Shown here in pieces: positions 1 to 10,575 of a DNA stretch of 64,000 nt. The DNA comes from Cyanobacteriota bacterium (GTDB lineage Bacteria > Cyanobacteriota > Cyanobacteriia > Cyanobacteriales > Nostocaceae). The number at the start of each line of letters is the position of its first letter. The stretch's first letter is position 1. The notes under the pieces were generated by a model that was given only the letters and a program-made list of their open reading frames with translations, made no database searches and was not told where the DNA came from. The stretch is taken from assembly GCA_046045965.1 (NCBI GenBank), contig JBJOKS010000020.1:50076-114075 (forward strand). Direction: 5' to 3'. Made by a program: the position numbers and the translations under genes.

Positions 1-610
1 CCTGGTATTGAGTTTGCGTCATGCGCCGAATATTCACACCAGAAAACTCCTGCCTTTATCTGGCATCAAAATTGTACTTGATCCAGGACACGGTGGTAAA
101 GAATCTGGTTCAAGTGGACTGAAGGGGTATTTAGCAAAAGATGTAAATTTGGTGTTATCGAAGTTATTGCGGGATGAATTGGTGCTGCGTGGTGCAACAG
201 TGGTGATGACAAGGGAAGATGATCGAGATGTTTCTTTGGTGGAACGTCAGGAGATCATTAGTCAAGAACAACCTGCTATTTCTCTTTCTATCCATTACAA
301 TTTTTTACCTGATGATAGTAAAGTAGAAAAAACTAGGGGGTTGGTGAGTTTTTGGTTTCATCCCCAAGCACACAGCCTCGCAGTATTTTTACATAATTAC
401 GTGGTTAAGAAACGTCTTGAACCTTCCTATGGCGTGTTTTGGAATAATTTAGCCCTGACTCGTCCCTCTGCTGCACCTGCGGTTTTATTAGAGTTTCGTT
501 TGATGAGTAATGCTGATGAGTTTGAGGAGATAGTCAACTCTCAACAACAGAGGAAAATTGCAAAGACGTTAGCTGATGGGGTGACAGAATGGTTTAAGAT
601 GACAAAATAG
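1..610 (+). CDS. N-acetylmuramoyl-L-alanine amidase paralog (Amidase_3), 5' part outside the window; Zn-ligand Glu replaced by Ala
   Basis: Frame is open from the window edge (LVLSLRHAP...). Motifs DPGHGG and SIHYN; highly similar to the C-terminal part of 762..2513. Confidence 0.85.
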   Translation, partial: LVLSLRHAPNIHTRKLLPLSGIKIVLDPGHGGKESGSSGLKGYLAKDVNLVLSKLLRDELVLRGATVVMTREDDRDVSLVERQEIISQEQPAISLSIHYNFLPDDSKVEKTRGLVSFWFHPQAHSLAVFLHNYVVKKRLEPSYGVFWNNLALTRPSAAPAVLLEFRLMSNADEFEEIVNSQQQRKIAKTLADGVTEWFKMTK

Positions 611-761
611 AATATTGGTTATTTGACAACTTTCTGTCTAAGGGATTTCTAAGAAATAAATTATCTAGATTAACGAACCGCAGAGGCGCAGAGGACACAG
701 AGAAGACAAGAATTGTTAACTGAACTGTATTGACTATTATTAAATTTTTTGTATTTTTATC

Positions 762-2513
762 GTGAAAAAACTTTTAGGATTAGCAATATTTAGCTCTATT
801 TTCACTTCTTCCCTGGCTTTGGCACAACCACAACCATCGCTTTTAGTGGTTTATCCTCCAGCAAATCACAAAACCAGTACGGAAAAAATCTTTTTTATCG
901 GTACTGCACCAGCAGATGGACAGGTTCTCATTAATGGTAGACAAATTAACCGCAGTCAGTCTGGTCATTTTGCGCCTAGTTTTCCCTTACAATTAGGTGA
1001 GAATGTATTTAAGGTACGTTACCAAAATCAGGAACGGGAGATTAAGGTAACAAGGCTTTCTACTCAACCAGAATTACCACAAGGTTTAGGTTTTGCTAAA
1101 GATTCTCTAACTCCTGCTGTGGATATTGCTAGACTACCAGGTGAACTAATTTGTTTTGGTGCGATCGCACGTCCACAAGCTAATGTTTCTGTTAAACTGG
1201 GCGATCAAATTGTTAATCTTTCACCTCAACCTGCAAAAGCAGAATTACCTGCTAATTCTAGTATTTTAACTGGGCGTAATCAGGCTACTATTTCTAATAT
1301 TACCAAATACCAAGGTTGTACAACTATTGCCAATCCTGGGGATGTGGGACAACCTCTATTTAGTTTGACATTAAATGGTCAGACGATGACAGAAACTGGT
1401 AAGGGTAAAGTAGAAATTATTGCACCTGCACAGTTACCAGTTATAGAAGTAACAGCCGCATCAGGGGTTGCACGCACGGGTTCTAGTACCGATCATTCCC
1501 GACTGACACCATTACCAAAAGGAACAAGGGCAAGCGTTACAGGTAAAGATGGTGATTGGTTACGGTTAGATTATGGGGCTTGGATTAATAGTAAAGAAAC
1601 TAAAATTATACCAGGTGCAGTTCCACCACAAACTGTAATTCGCAGTGTGGGATATCGTCAACTAACTGGAGTCACAGAGATACGTTTTCCCTTGCAAATG
1701 CCTGTACCTGTGACTGTGGAACAGAGCGATCGCAATTTTACTCTCACTCTCCATAATACCACTGCTCAAACTGATACCATTCGTCTAGATGATGACCCCC
1801 TCATTTCTCGCCTAGATTGGCAACAGGTGACTCCTCAACAGGTGAAATACTCCTTTAACCTCAAAAAGCTCCAACAGTGGGGGTATAACCTGAAATACGA
1901 CAATACAACCCTGGTCTTGAGTTTGCGTCATGCACCGAATATTCAGAATAGAAAACCCTTATCTGGTATCAAGATTTTACTTGATCCGGGTCATGGTGGT
2001 AAAGAATCTGGTGCAATTGGTCCTACAGGGTATCCAGAAAAAGATGCGAACTTGGTGGTTTCTAAATTACTGCAAGATGAGTTGATCAAACGTGGTGCAA
2101 AAGTGGTGATGACAAGGGAAGATGATCGAGATGTGTCTTTAGTGGAACGTCAGGAGATCATTAGTAAAGAACAACCTGCGATCGCTCTTTCTATCCATTA
2201 CAATGCTTTACCTGATAATGGTGATGCGGAAAAAACAAAAGGTTTCGGTAGTTTTTGGTATCACACTCAATCACATAATCCCGCAGTATTTTTACATAAT
2301 TACGTAGTTAAGAAACTGCGTAAACCTTCTTATGGCGTGTTTTGGAATAATTTAGCTTTAACTCGTCCCTCTGTTGCACCTGCGGTATTATTGGAATTGG
2401 GTTTTATGAGTAACCCTGATGAGTTTGAAGAGATAGTTAACCCCCAAGAACAGAAGAAGATGGCTAAAACTTTGGCTGATGGGGTAACGGAGTGGTTTAA
2501 AATGACGAAATAG
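762..2513 (+). CDS. Secreted N-acetylmuramoyl-L-alanine amidase (signal peptide, SH3-like/AMIN-like region, Amidase_3)
   Basis: Signal peptide; intact catalytic motifs DPGHGG...EKDAN, SIHYNA, LLELGFMSN. Confidence 0.92.
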   Translation: MKKLLGLAIFSSIFTSSLALAQPQPSLLVVYPPANHKTSTEKIFFIGTAPADGQVLINGRQINRSQSGHFAPSFPLQLGENVFKVRYQNQEREIKVTRLSTQPELPQGLGFAKDSLTPAVDIARLPGELICFGAIARPQANVSVKLGDQIVNLSPQPAKAELPANSSILTGRNQATISNITKYQGCTTIANPGDVGQPLFSLTLNGQTMTETGKGKVEIIAPAQLPVIEVTAASGVARTGSSTDHSRLTPLPKGTRASVTGKDGDWLRLDYGAWINSKETKIIPGAVPPQTVIRSVGYRQLTGVTEIRFPLQMPVPVTVEQSDRNFTLTLHNTTAQTDTIRLDDDPLISRLDWQQVTPQQVKYSFNLKKLQQWGYNLKYDNTTLVLSLRHAPNIQNRKPLSGIKILLDPGHGGKESGAIGPTGYPEKDANLVVSKLLQDELIKRGAKVVMTREDDRDVSLVERQEIISKEQPAIALSIHYNALPDNGDAEKTKGFGSFWYHTQSHNPAVFLHNYVVKKLRKPSYGVFWNNLALTRPSVAPAVLLELGFMSNPDEFEEIVNPQEQKKMAKTLADGVTEWFKMTK

Positions 2514-2695
2514 GATATTTGATGATGACTATTTTTTGTCATAATCAGGATTTACAGGATTTTTGTAATCCTCAAATGTCCAATTTTTTTATGTTGATTT
2601 AGTTGAGACTGGTAATGGGTAATTGCTGATGAAATTCCTGTTCTCATCCTGTTCATCCTTTAATCTTGGACATCCTGATTCTGACAGTTCCTTAA

Positions 2696-3193
2696 TTATC
2701 TACGAAAATGCAAAATTGGCATAGTAAATAAACCCCAAGCCAAACCCGTAATCAAACCAAAAGGTGTAACAATGTAATTGTGAAAATCCCACAAACCAAA
2801 AACTTGCGCTGCTAATTCCAACGGATAAGCCATCATTAAAACACTAGCAAAAGCCGCACCAATCCAACCATATTGACTTAACCAAAAAGCACCTTTACCA
2901 CCAGTCACCCCATAGAAAATCCGAGTTATCAACAAACCTGTCACCGTACCATAACAGCGCATACATACTGCCATAATAAAAGGTGGAGATAACTCCAAAC
3001 CCATAGTAGGCTGCGGACATACATGATTACCCATAAAGTAAATGATGTCCGCAATACCCGGAAGCAAAAACACACCAGACGCAGCAAGAAAAGGAGCAAT
3101 AGGGGGACCAAAAACCATCCCAGCTAACAGGAAATCAGCAAAAAAACTCACCCAATTAACCTGTAACCCTCTTGACAAAATCATCCTTTGCAT
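2696..3193 (-). CDS. DUF2085-family membrane protein
   Basis: HVCPQ and VCMRCYG motifs, hydrophobic helices. Confidence 0.75.
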   Translation of the reverse strand: MQRMILSRGLQVNWVSFFADFLLAGMVFGPPIAPFLAASGVFLLPGIADIIYFMGNHVCPQPTMGLELSPPFIMAVCMRCYGTVTGLLITRIFYGVTGGKGAFWLSQYGWIGAAFASVLMMAYPLELAAQVFGLWDFHNYIVTPFGLITGLAWGLFTMPILHFRR

Positions 3194-3219
3194 CTTCTTA
3201 CCTTTGCACGAAATATTTC

Positions 3220-3996
3220 TTAATCTATTGTATCTGGATCTATTCCCATTTCTCGTAATCGTGCTGCTAATTGTGCTGCTTTGCGTTCTGCTTGTTCAGC
3301 CCTTAATCTTTGTAATTGGGCTTCTTCTTTACCGAATAATAATAAATTACCATCTAAATTCCACCAGCGTAGCCAAAGTTGTTCAGGATTATTTAAATAA
3401 CTTCCTTGCCATAAACCTAATTCTACGCCTAAAGGGGGAATGGGATAATGTCCGCGTTCGTTAGGCTGCATTTTTTGGTAAGAAAAATCTACCAAATGAT
3501 AAACTTCTAATTTATCATTATTCACTTCATAAATGGCATAATAGGGAATACGAATAATGCGTTCATATACCCAAAATTTACCAGGTTTTTCACCTTCCTG
3601 TAAACCCGCTAGAGGAGTTGTATCTCGTTCTTCGTGACCATTACCACTAGCTAATTCTATGGCAATTAATGGGGGTATATATTCCCGCCATAATACATAA
3701 GAACGGCGAATTTTACCATCTAATCTTGGTGCTACATCAGGGACATAAAACCAATCTGGTGCGACTGTACCTTTTTCTGGTGGTTCTGTTTCGCGCCAAT
3801 AAATCCCGCAATCTTGACCTATACAAAATTGTCCATCTGGATGTAACTTTTGTAAAGTTTGAATAATTGAATCTGTAATAATAATGCTTTGGGGATGTTC
3901 TTGAAAGTTTTTCACGAAAGTACCATCAGACTCTGGGAGTTGAGTATGATCAGGAAACTGTGGAGGTATGGAAATATCAGCCAGGGTTTCACTCAT
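3220..3996 (-). CDS. Uma2-family (PD-(D/E)xK) endonuclease-like protein
   Basis: QLPESDG, APDWFYV, IAIELAS motifs and the typical LAARLREMGIDP tail. Confidence 0.9.
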   Translation of the reverse strand: MSETLADISIPPQFPDHTQLPESDGTFVKNFQEHPQSIIITDSIIQTLQKLHPDGQFCIGQDCGIYWRETEPPEKGTVAPDWFYVPDVAPRLDGKIRRSYVLWREYIPPLIAIELASGNGHEERDTTPLAGLQEGEKPGKFWVYERIIRIPYYAIYEVNNDKLEVYHLVDFSYQKMQPNERGHYPIPPLGVELGLWQGSYLNNPEQLWLRWWNLDGNLLLFGKEEAQLQRLRAEQAERKAAQLAARLREMGIDPDTID

Positions 3997-4245
3997 ACTG
4001 TTTATAAGGATTGTAGTTGTTAGGCTAATTTTATAAATTATATCAGGGAACAGGTTTGAACGTCCTGAGCATTGTCAATCAATCAAAAATCATAAATAAA
4101 TATGTCTACTTTATGAGATGGTCAATAAATAGTTGATATTCTCATTACGCAATTTTTAACTATCAAGGCTGAATTTAAGTGAATTTGACGTTATAAACCA
4201 TGTTAAATTATGATTGTCTTAATAATCACATAGTCTAAATCTTAT

Positions 4246-6189
4246 ATGAAATCTTGGTACTGGGGTGCTACCTTGGGTTTTATCGCTTTATCTGTCACCA
4301 GTTGCAATAATAAACCAAAAACACCGGGAGAAATCGGCAACCTAGCGGGGGAAAGTGTAGTTTTAATCAGCTATGCAAATAAATCAGGACAAGGGACTGG
4401 CTTTTTTATTAGAGGAGAAGATAAAACAGTCTGTACAATACTCACAGCGCGTCACGTCGTCCCCGGTAGTGCGAAGTTGTTAATTAGCAAAAACCAAGAA
4501 ACTATCGCGCAAAATACCCAAGTTATTAGCGTTAAACGGTTCTTGAACCAAGATTTAGCAGTTGTGACATTTAAACCTGATAGTGGAAGTTGTCCTTATA
4601 AAACTCTCCCCTTCGGTAACTCTGATAAAATAGCTTTGGGAGATGTTATCTACATCACTGGGTTTCCTGCTAATAGTCCAGATAGGCAATTTGTAGATGG
4701 TAAAGTTTCATTAATTTCTAGTCAAGCAGACGGTTATAAAATTTCTTACACTGCAACCACCGCAGGGGGAATGAGTGGTGGACCAATAATGAATATTTAT
4801 GGTGAGGTGATAGCAGTACATGGACGTTCTGCACCAGAATTATTTAAACAAGCTGAACTTAAAGGAGAAGCAGCACCACCGGAACAGCAATCTAATTCAC
4901 AACTTGGCAGTGATTCTTTTAAATGGGGAATACCGATTAATACTTATATAGCCAATATTAACCAAGTTCCAGCAGAATTGGTAGCAGAGCAAAAAGCAAT
5001 AGATTTGGTTAATGAAGGTAATGATTATGCGGTTAATAACAATTATCAAGAGGCTGTTCAATCTTATGATAAAGCTCTGAATATTACACCTAATTTGCCG
5101 GAAATCTGGAATAATCGGGGTCAAGCATTAGAAAAAACACAACGTTATCAAGAAGCTGTTCAATCTTATGATAAAGCTATTGCGCTGAATCCGAAGAAGC
5201 CGGAAGCTTGGAAAAATAAGGGTAATGCTTTAGTTAAGTTAAAACGTTATCCTGAAGCTGTTAAATCTTACGATAAAGCTATTAGTATTAAACCTAAATA
5301 TGCGGAAGCTTATACTAATCGAGGTCAAGCTTTAGAAAAGGCTAAACGTCCGCAGGAGGCAATAAAATCTTATAAAAAAGCTATTACTATCAATCCTGAC
5401 TATGCTGATGCTTATAATTATCTGGGTTTTATTGTAGGTTCACAAAACCGTTATCAAGAAGCATTAATTTTTTTTGATAAAGCTATTGCTATCAAACCTG
5501 ATTATTCTTTAGCATGGTATAATCGAGGTGTTGCACTAGGAGAATTAAACCGATACCAAGAAGCTGTAGAATCTTATGACAAAGCAATTCAGGCAAATGG
5601 TGAATGGGGTGAGTTGAATCCTGCGGATGCTTGGTATAATCGAGGTATTTCACTAGTTAATTTAAAAATATACCAAGAAGCGATCGCATCCTACGATAAA
5701 GCTATTGCTATTAAACCTGACAAATATGAAGCTTGGAATAATCGAGGTGTTTCACTAGCTAATTTAAAAAGATACCAAGAAGCGATCACATCCTACGATA
5801 AAGCTATTGCTATTAAAACTGACGAATATGAAGCTTGGAATAATCGAGGTTCTGCCCTAGATGATTTAAAAAGATACCAAGAAGCAATCGCATCCTACGA
5901 TAAAGCTATTGCTATTACACCTGACAAAGATGAAGTTTGGAAGAATCGAGGTGTTTCACTAATTAATTTAAAAAGATACCAAGAAGCGATCGCATCCTAC
6001 GATAAAGCTATTGCTATTAAACCTGACAAATATGAAGCTTGGACTGGTAGAGGTATTGCATTGGCATTATTGGAACGTTACGATGATTCACTCAAATCAT
6101 TGAACAAAGCAATTAGTATTAAGCCTGATTATCAACCAGCAATTGAACTTCGCAAGCTGGTATTACAACAACTGGGACGGTCAAATTAA
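4246..6189 (+). CDS. Trypsin-like serine protease with a C-terminal TPR array; probable lipoprotein
   Basis: Triad motifs TARHVV, QDLAV, GMSGGP; about 11 TPRs; N-terminal LSVTSC lipobox-like signal. Confidence 0.9.
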   Translation: MKSWYWGATLGFIALSVTSCNNKPKTPGEIGNLAGESVVLISYANKSGQGTGFFIRGEDKTVCTILTARHVVPGSAKLLISKNQETIAQNTQVISVKRFLNQDLAVVTFKPDSGSCPYKTLPFGNSDKIALGDVIYITGFPANSPDRQFVDGKVSLISSQADGYKISYTATTAGGMSGGPIMNIYGEVIAVHGRSAPELFKQAELKGEAAPPEQQSNSQLGSDSFKWGIPINTYIANINQVPAELVAEQKAIDLVNEGNDYAVNNNYQEAVQSYDKALNITPNLPEIWNNRGQALEKTQRYQEAVQSYDKAIALNPKKPEAWKNKGNALVKLKRYPEAVKSYDKAISIKPKYAEAYTNRGQALEKAKRPQEAIKSYKKAITINPDYADAYNYLGFIVGSQNRYQEALIFFDKAIAIKPDYSLAWYNRGVALGELNRYQEAVESYDKAIQANGEWGELNPADAWYNRGISLVNLKIYQEAIASYDKAIAIKPDKYEAWNNRGVSLANLKRYQEAITSYDKAIAIKTDEYEAWNNRGSALDDLKRYQEAIASYDKAIAITPDKDEVWKNRGVSLINLKRYQEAIASYDKAIAIKPDKYEAWTGRGIALALLERYDDSLKSLNKAISIKPDYQPAIELRKLVLQQLGRSN

Positions 6190-6279
6190 ATTTGAATTTA
6201 AAACATAAAAATAAATTCCTGTATTTGTATTTCCAACGCAGCATAATTACAGGAATTAATTATATTCTGCACAAAAAAA

Positions 6280-6891
6280 TCACTTTGCTTTCACCTTCAG
6301 GTCATCTTCAGCCAGAAAATTTTCCACATTCACCTGAGACAACTTTTCAGGTTGACTTCCACCACCAGAACTTTGAACTACAGTTCCCCCAGTTCTGAGT
6401 GCAGTTGTCATATCTAACAGGGAATTATAACCATCAGCACCAGGCTTGAGAGTCACCAAAATATTACAATTTCTAGGGTCAATTTTCGTGATAGCGCAAA
6501 TTACAGATTGCTTAGGCGTATTTGGGTCAGGACGATGACTAAAACCAATTAAACCACCTTGGCGAAACTTTTCCAAACGTTCTGTTATTTCTTCACAGCG
6601 TTTCTCACTATTCCAGTCTCCACCAAAGCTGTTAACCATCCTCAACCAAGGCCTTCCTATTTTGCCATTAGAATACATAACTGACCAAACCTGACCACCT
6701 ATCTCTGGTGCAGGTACGTAAACGCAAGAGAAAGCGTCCTCTTTACCAAATACTTCTGGTACTTCTGAAGTCGAAGCAGTGTTAAATGAGTAAAACACAG
6801 TTAAAATCACAACACCGATAACAGACCCAATCCCATAAGCAATCAAATGTACCCTGTTAAATCTAGACATAGAAACACTCCACATCCGCAC
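6280..6891 (-). CDS. COP23-domain protein
   Basis: FSC...W...FGGDWNSEKRCEEIT...SVICA...LVTLKPG pattern of the cyanobacterial COP23 family. Confidence 0.75.
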   Translation of the reverse strand: MRMWSVSMSRFNRVHLIAYGIGSVIGVVILTVFYSFNTASTSEVPEVFGKEDAFSCVYVPAPEIGGQVWSVMYSNGKIGRPWLRMVNSFGGDWNSEKRCEEITERLEKFRQGGLIGFSHRPDPNTPKQSVICAITKIDPRNCNILVTLKPGADGYNSLLDMTTALRTGGTVVQSSGGGSQPEKLSQVNVENFLAEDDLKVKAK

Positions 6892-7026
6892 GTAGCACTG
6901 ATATTATTAATATACGGCATATATTAGATTTATTACTGAAATTTTATAATTGAGAAATATTAAGATTTACCAAATAACATTGTCTGAATCAGGATGTCCA
7001 GGATTTAAGGATTTTCAGGATTTTGA

Positions 7027-7218
7027 TCAATGAAAATTTTGATTTTTTTCTTTCTCCAATTCCAATAATACCTTAGCTACATCTTCAGCAATTTCTATGG
7101 CTTCTTGTACTGTTTTACCTTCTGCCACTAAGCCTTGTAAATCATCACTTGTAGCTACAAAATATTCTTGTTCATCTTCAATAAATCTTTCAATTTTGAG
7201 TCGAATTAGCGTTTGCAT
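7027..7218 (-). CDS. HicB/DUF1902-like antitoxin-fold protein (no partner toxin seen)
   Basis: YFVATSDDLQGLVAEGKTVQEAIE motif. Confidence 0.75.
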   Translation of the reverse strand: MQTLIRLKIERFIEDEQEYFVATSDDLQGLVAEGKTVQEAIEIAEDVAKVLLELEKEKNQNFH

Positions 7219-7355
7219 TTAGTTAACCTTGATAGTGAGTACAGGAATAAATGGTACTGTTGATATTATATTTCTCCGCGTTCTCTGCGCCTCTGCGTGA
7301 AAAAACAAAGACACAAAAACCCTTTGCGTCTTTGCGTCTTTGCGTGAGAAAATTC

Positions 7356-9467
7356 TTAACCTACCTTAGCAACATAAGGACTGGTCAACTTATCCAACTG
7401 CTGCACCAACAAACTCAAAAACAGACCCACATCCGTCACCACACCAACAGATTCAATTGAACCGCGATCGCTCAATTTCGTCACTACCGCTGGGTTAATA
7501 TCCACACAAACCATCTTCACCCCTGCTGGAGTCATATTCCCCACCCCGATAGAATGCAGCATAGAAGACAACATCAAAATCATCTCCGCACCTTCAATGA
7601 TTTTAGAATATTCCTGTTGTGCTAAAATCAGGTTCATTTGGGTATCTGGTAAAGGTCCATCATCCCGAATTGAACCAGCGAGGGAAAAGGGAATGTTATT
7701 TTTCACACATTCATACATCACCCCACTTTTCACTACTCCCGCATCTACAGCTTTAGCGATGCTACCAAAACGGCGGATAGTATTAATTACCTTTAAATGA
7801 TGTCGGTGGCCACCACGCACAGCTACACCGCGCTTCATATCCACACCCAGGGATGTTCCCAGCAGGTTTTGTTCCATATCATGGACAGCGATCGCATTTC
7901 CGCCCAAAAGACCCTGTACGTAACCTTCTCGAACTAAGCGACAGAGATGTTCACCGCCACCTGTGTGAATCACCACTGGTCCAGCCGTGACAACTACTTT
8001 ACCACCGCTATCCTTAATTTTACGTAATTCCCAAGCCACTTGTTCAACGACTAATTCCACCCGTCTTTCGCTGGAAACACCGGAAGACATAAAGCTGAAT
8101 TCCTGGGAGTTGCGTTGTTCTCGTGATTCGGCTTTGCGGATGGTGCGAATACCTAAAACATCAACTACAACGCGATCGCCTATTTCTAAATCACGCAATA
8201 GTTTACACTTAGCTACTATACCATTAGCAGTTTGAGAAATGGCGATCGCTCCATCCATGCGTTGATTCTGCACTTTCAGCCATTCCCCATTTACCCGGAT
8301 TTCAGTGGGATAAATCGTGCTGACATAGAAATCATCAGGAGCCACACCCGCTTGGATCACAGGTTCTAATTTAGCATCCCGTTCATCTTGGGGTAAATCA
8401 ACCGCACCCAAATCAATCAACTGAGATATAATCTCTTCCATCACCTCATGGGATGGTGCAGATACCCTAACTTCAGCCGCAGATGTACTTTGACGTTGTT
8501 CTCCCAAGTTGAATTTGAGAACTTGGAAACTTCCCCCCATTTCCACAATTAAATCTAAAGCGCGGTTAATTAAACCTGCATCTAGTAAATGTCCTTCCAT
8601 GCGAATGACACGACTTTCTACAGATGCGATCGCGTGAATTTCTTCACCAATAGGTTCTGTTACCCGCAAAGTCAAGCATTTAGCCGCACCACCAGCTTTG
8701 AGAAATTCTGTTAATGGTGTTTCAATAACTTGAAAACCAACTTCAGCCAAACGTGATTTTAAATTATCACTGGCTTTGTTCATAATCACGATGCTTTCCA
8801 CATTCACCGCATTACAAGCGAAGTTAACAGCATCAGCTTCTTCAATAGCGATTCGCTTTTCCGGTGCGACGCGCATTTCTATTACACGGTTAGAGTAGGA
8901 GTCAAACGCACCGGGATAATACAGCAAATAACCATTTGCCAAAGGACAGAAGCAGGTATCAAGATGATAAAAACGCTCATCCATTAACCGCAGAGAAATC
9001 ACCTCAATGTCCAGCCATTTAGCCAGGTAGGGGTGAGAATCTAATTCTGACCGAAAACCGTATCCAGCCCATAACCACCGCCCTTCTCGGTCTAAGAGTG
9101 CGTCACCAGCACCTTCAAAGGGCAGGTCTTTGGGAAGTGTGTAAACATTAAAACCATTATTTTCAAACCACTGTTGAAAATACGGTTCTTCACCTTGGCG
9201 TTCTTTATGTAAAAAGCGGCTGAGAACGACGTTTTCACCGAGAACTAAACCCGCATTGGCACTGAATACCATATCAGGCCAGCCTTTTTGGGGTTCAACT
9301 AAATCAACAATGGCATGATTTTTGATAACATTGTATAATTTATTCCATTGTTCCACAGCGCGATCGCGTGAGGATTTGTGAATATTCCCTTCCATCCACG
9401 GATTAATCACATAATCTACATCGTAATGGTCGGGAGCGCACATCAAAAACCGAATTTGGGAAACCAT
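7356..9467 (-). CDS. argZ: Arginine dihydrolase / ornithine cyclodeaminase ArgZ (AgrE)
   Basis: N-terminal amidinotransferase-family domain (INPWM, FEGAGD, YHLDTCF, GGAAKCL) plus C-terminal LOR/SDH-like domain; 703 aa. Confidence 0.93.
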   Translation of the reverse strand: MVSQIRFLMCAPDHYDVDYVINPWMEGNIHKSSRDRAVEQWNKLYNVIKNHAIVDLVEPQKGWPDMVFSANAGLVLGENVVLSRFLHKERQGEEPYFQQWFENNGFNVYTLPKDLPFEGAGDALLDREGRWLWAGYGFRSELDSHPYLAKWLDIEVISLRLMDERFYHLDTCFCPLANGYLLYYPGAFDSYSNRVIEMRVAPEKRIAIEEADAVNFACNAVNVESIVIMNKASDNLKSRLAEVGFQVIETPLTEFLKAGGAAKCLTLRVTEPIGEEIHAIASVESRVIRMEGHLLDAGLINRALDLIVEMGGSFQVLKFNLGEQRQSTSAAEVRVSAPSHEVMEEIISQLIDLGAVDLPQDERDAKLEPVIQAGVAPDDFYVSTIYPTEIRVNGEWLKVQNQRMDGAIAISQTANGIVAKCKLLRDLEIGDRVVVDVLGIRTIRKAESREQRNSQEFSFMSSGVSSERRVELVVEQVAWELRKIKDSGGKVVVTAGPVVIHTGGGEHLCRLVREGYVQGLLGGNAIAVHDMEQNLLGTSLGVDMKRGVAVRGGHRHHLKVINTIRRFGSIAKAVDAGVVKSGVMYECVKNNIPFSLAGSIRDDGPLPDTQMNLILAQQEYSKIIEGAEMILMLSSMLHSIGVGNMTPAGVKMVCVDINPAVVTKLSDRGSIESVGVVTDVGLFLSLLVQQLDKLTSPYVAKVG

Positions 9468-9708
9468 AAAAAATTTTACTTCGCTTTTCAGTAATCTCTT
9501 CTGGATACAGAGTTTTGGTGTTCTACTTCTGTCAAATCTGCTACTTTATCGCTACCTTCTGTTTTTGGTAGGCTTTATCTGGCGATCGTTCCTATTCTAT
9601 TACCACTGGGGACAATGTGAGAAAATAATGGAAAAAATGTGTTATTGGAGATGTTATAGTGTGGCTAATAACCGTTTAGAGAAAAGCATAGATATTGAAT
9701 AACTATTT

Positions 9709-10515
9709 ATGAATACTGAAAACCGAAAAGGACTTAACGAGGCTTTTGCTGTTTTTTTTGAAAATCCCAGTCGTGATTCACTACGTAAATTATTAATTGA
9801 TCATACAGGTGAACATGATGATTTAGATTTTAAAAGTGAATTTGAATTAATTGCTCCGCCAATTTTAGCCAAACATATTATAGCAATGGCAAATAAATCA
9901 GGTGGTGTAATTATTTTTGGAGTTCAGGAAACAGAGAATGGTAAATTTGAGTCTGTAGGAACTGAATTAAATGATAAAACTCATTTTTTAAGAGATATTA
10001 ATGCTTATGTACCTGATAAATTAAGTTATGAGGTAATTGATTTTAATTTTAATGAAATTGAGTATACAGAAATAAAAGGTAAATCATTTCGAGTAGTTAT
10101 TATTGAATATTCACCGGAATATATTCCTTTTCTGTCTAAAAAAGATGGGGAAGGTATCAAGAAAAATTTGATCTACGTTCGGAAAAATGCCAGTTCAGAT
10201 ATGGCTGAATATAATGATTTGCAAGATATTTTTAATCGTAGGTTAGAAACAAGTTTTTCATCTGCTAGAGAAATATCATTAACACAGCATTTCAAAGAGC
10301 TAAAAGAGATTTATTCACTAATTAAAAAGGGATTTTGGTATGATCCTACTATTTTCTCTAAAATTGACCTAAATTTAAATTGCGATTCCTCCTCAAAATA
10401 TATAGATAATCCTAAATATCCAAAAGAAGATTATGATGATTTTGTGGTGAGAATGTTGACTTTGAAAAAATCAGTAATCGAATCAATAATAAAATCAGAT
10501 AAATTTTTTAGATAA
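9709..10515 (+). CDS. Schlafen/AlbA_2-domain protein
   Basis: GEHDDLDFKS...IIAMANKSGGVIIFGV...YVR motifs. Confidence 0.85.
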   Translation: MNTENRKGLNEAFAVFFENPSRDSLRKLLIDHTGEHDDLDFKSEFELIAPPILAKHIIAMANKSGGVIIFGVQETENGKFESVGTELNDKTHFLRDINAYVPDKLSYEVIDFNFNEIEYTEIKGKSFRVVIIEYSPEYIPFLSKKDGEGIKKNLIYVRKNASSDMAEYNDLQDIFNRRLETSFSSAREISLTQHFKELKEIYSLIKKGFWYDPTIFSKIDLNLNCDSSSKYIDNPKYPKEDYDDFVVRMLTLKKSVIESIIKSDKFFR

Positions 10516-10575
10516 CACACATAGCACCCAGTTTCACACGAGAGATGCTGCATTAACAGTCTTAATAATAATTTT

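Noticed and set aside
5630..6040. Regularly spaced ~102-nt direct repeats resembling a CRISPR array
   Set aside because: They are in-frame TPR coding units with no unique spacers, and no cas genes are present.
7356..9467. Amidinotransferase-LOR/SDH fusion as a novel enzyme
   Set aside because: Already characterised as ArgZ/AgrE.
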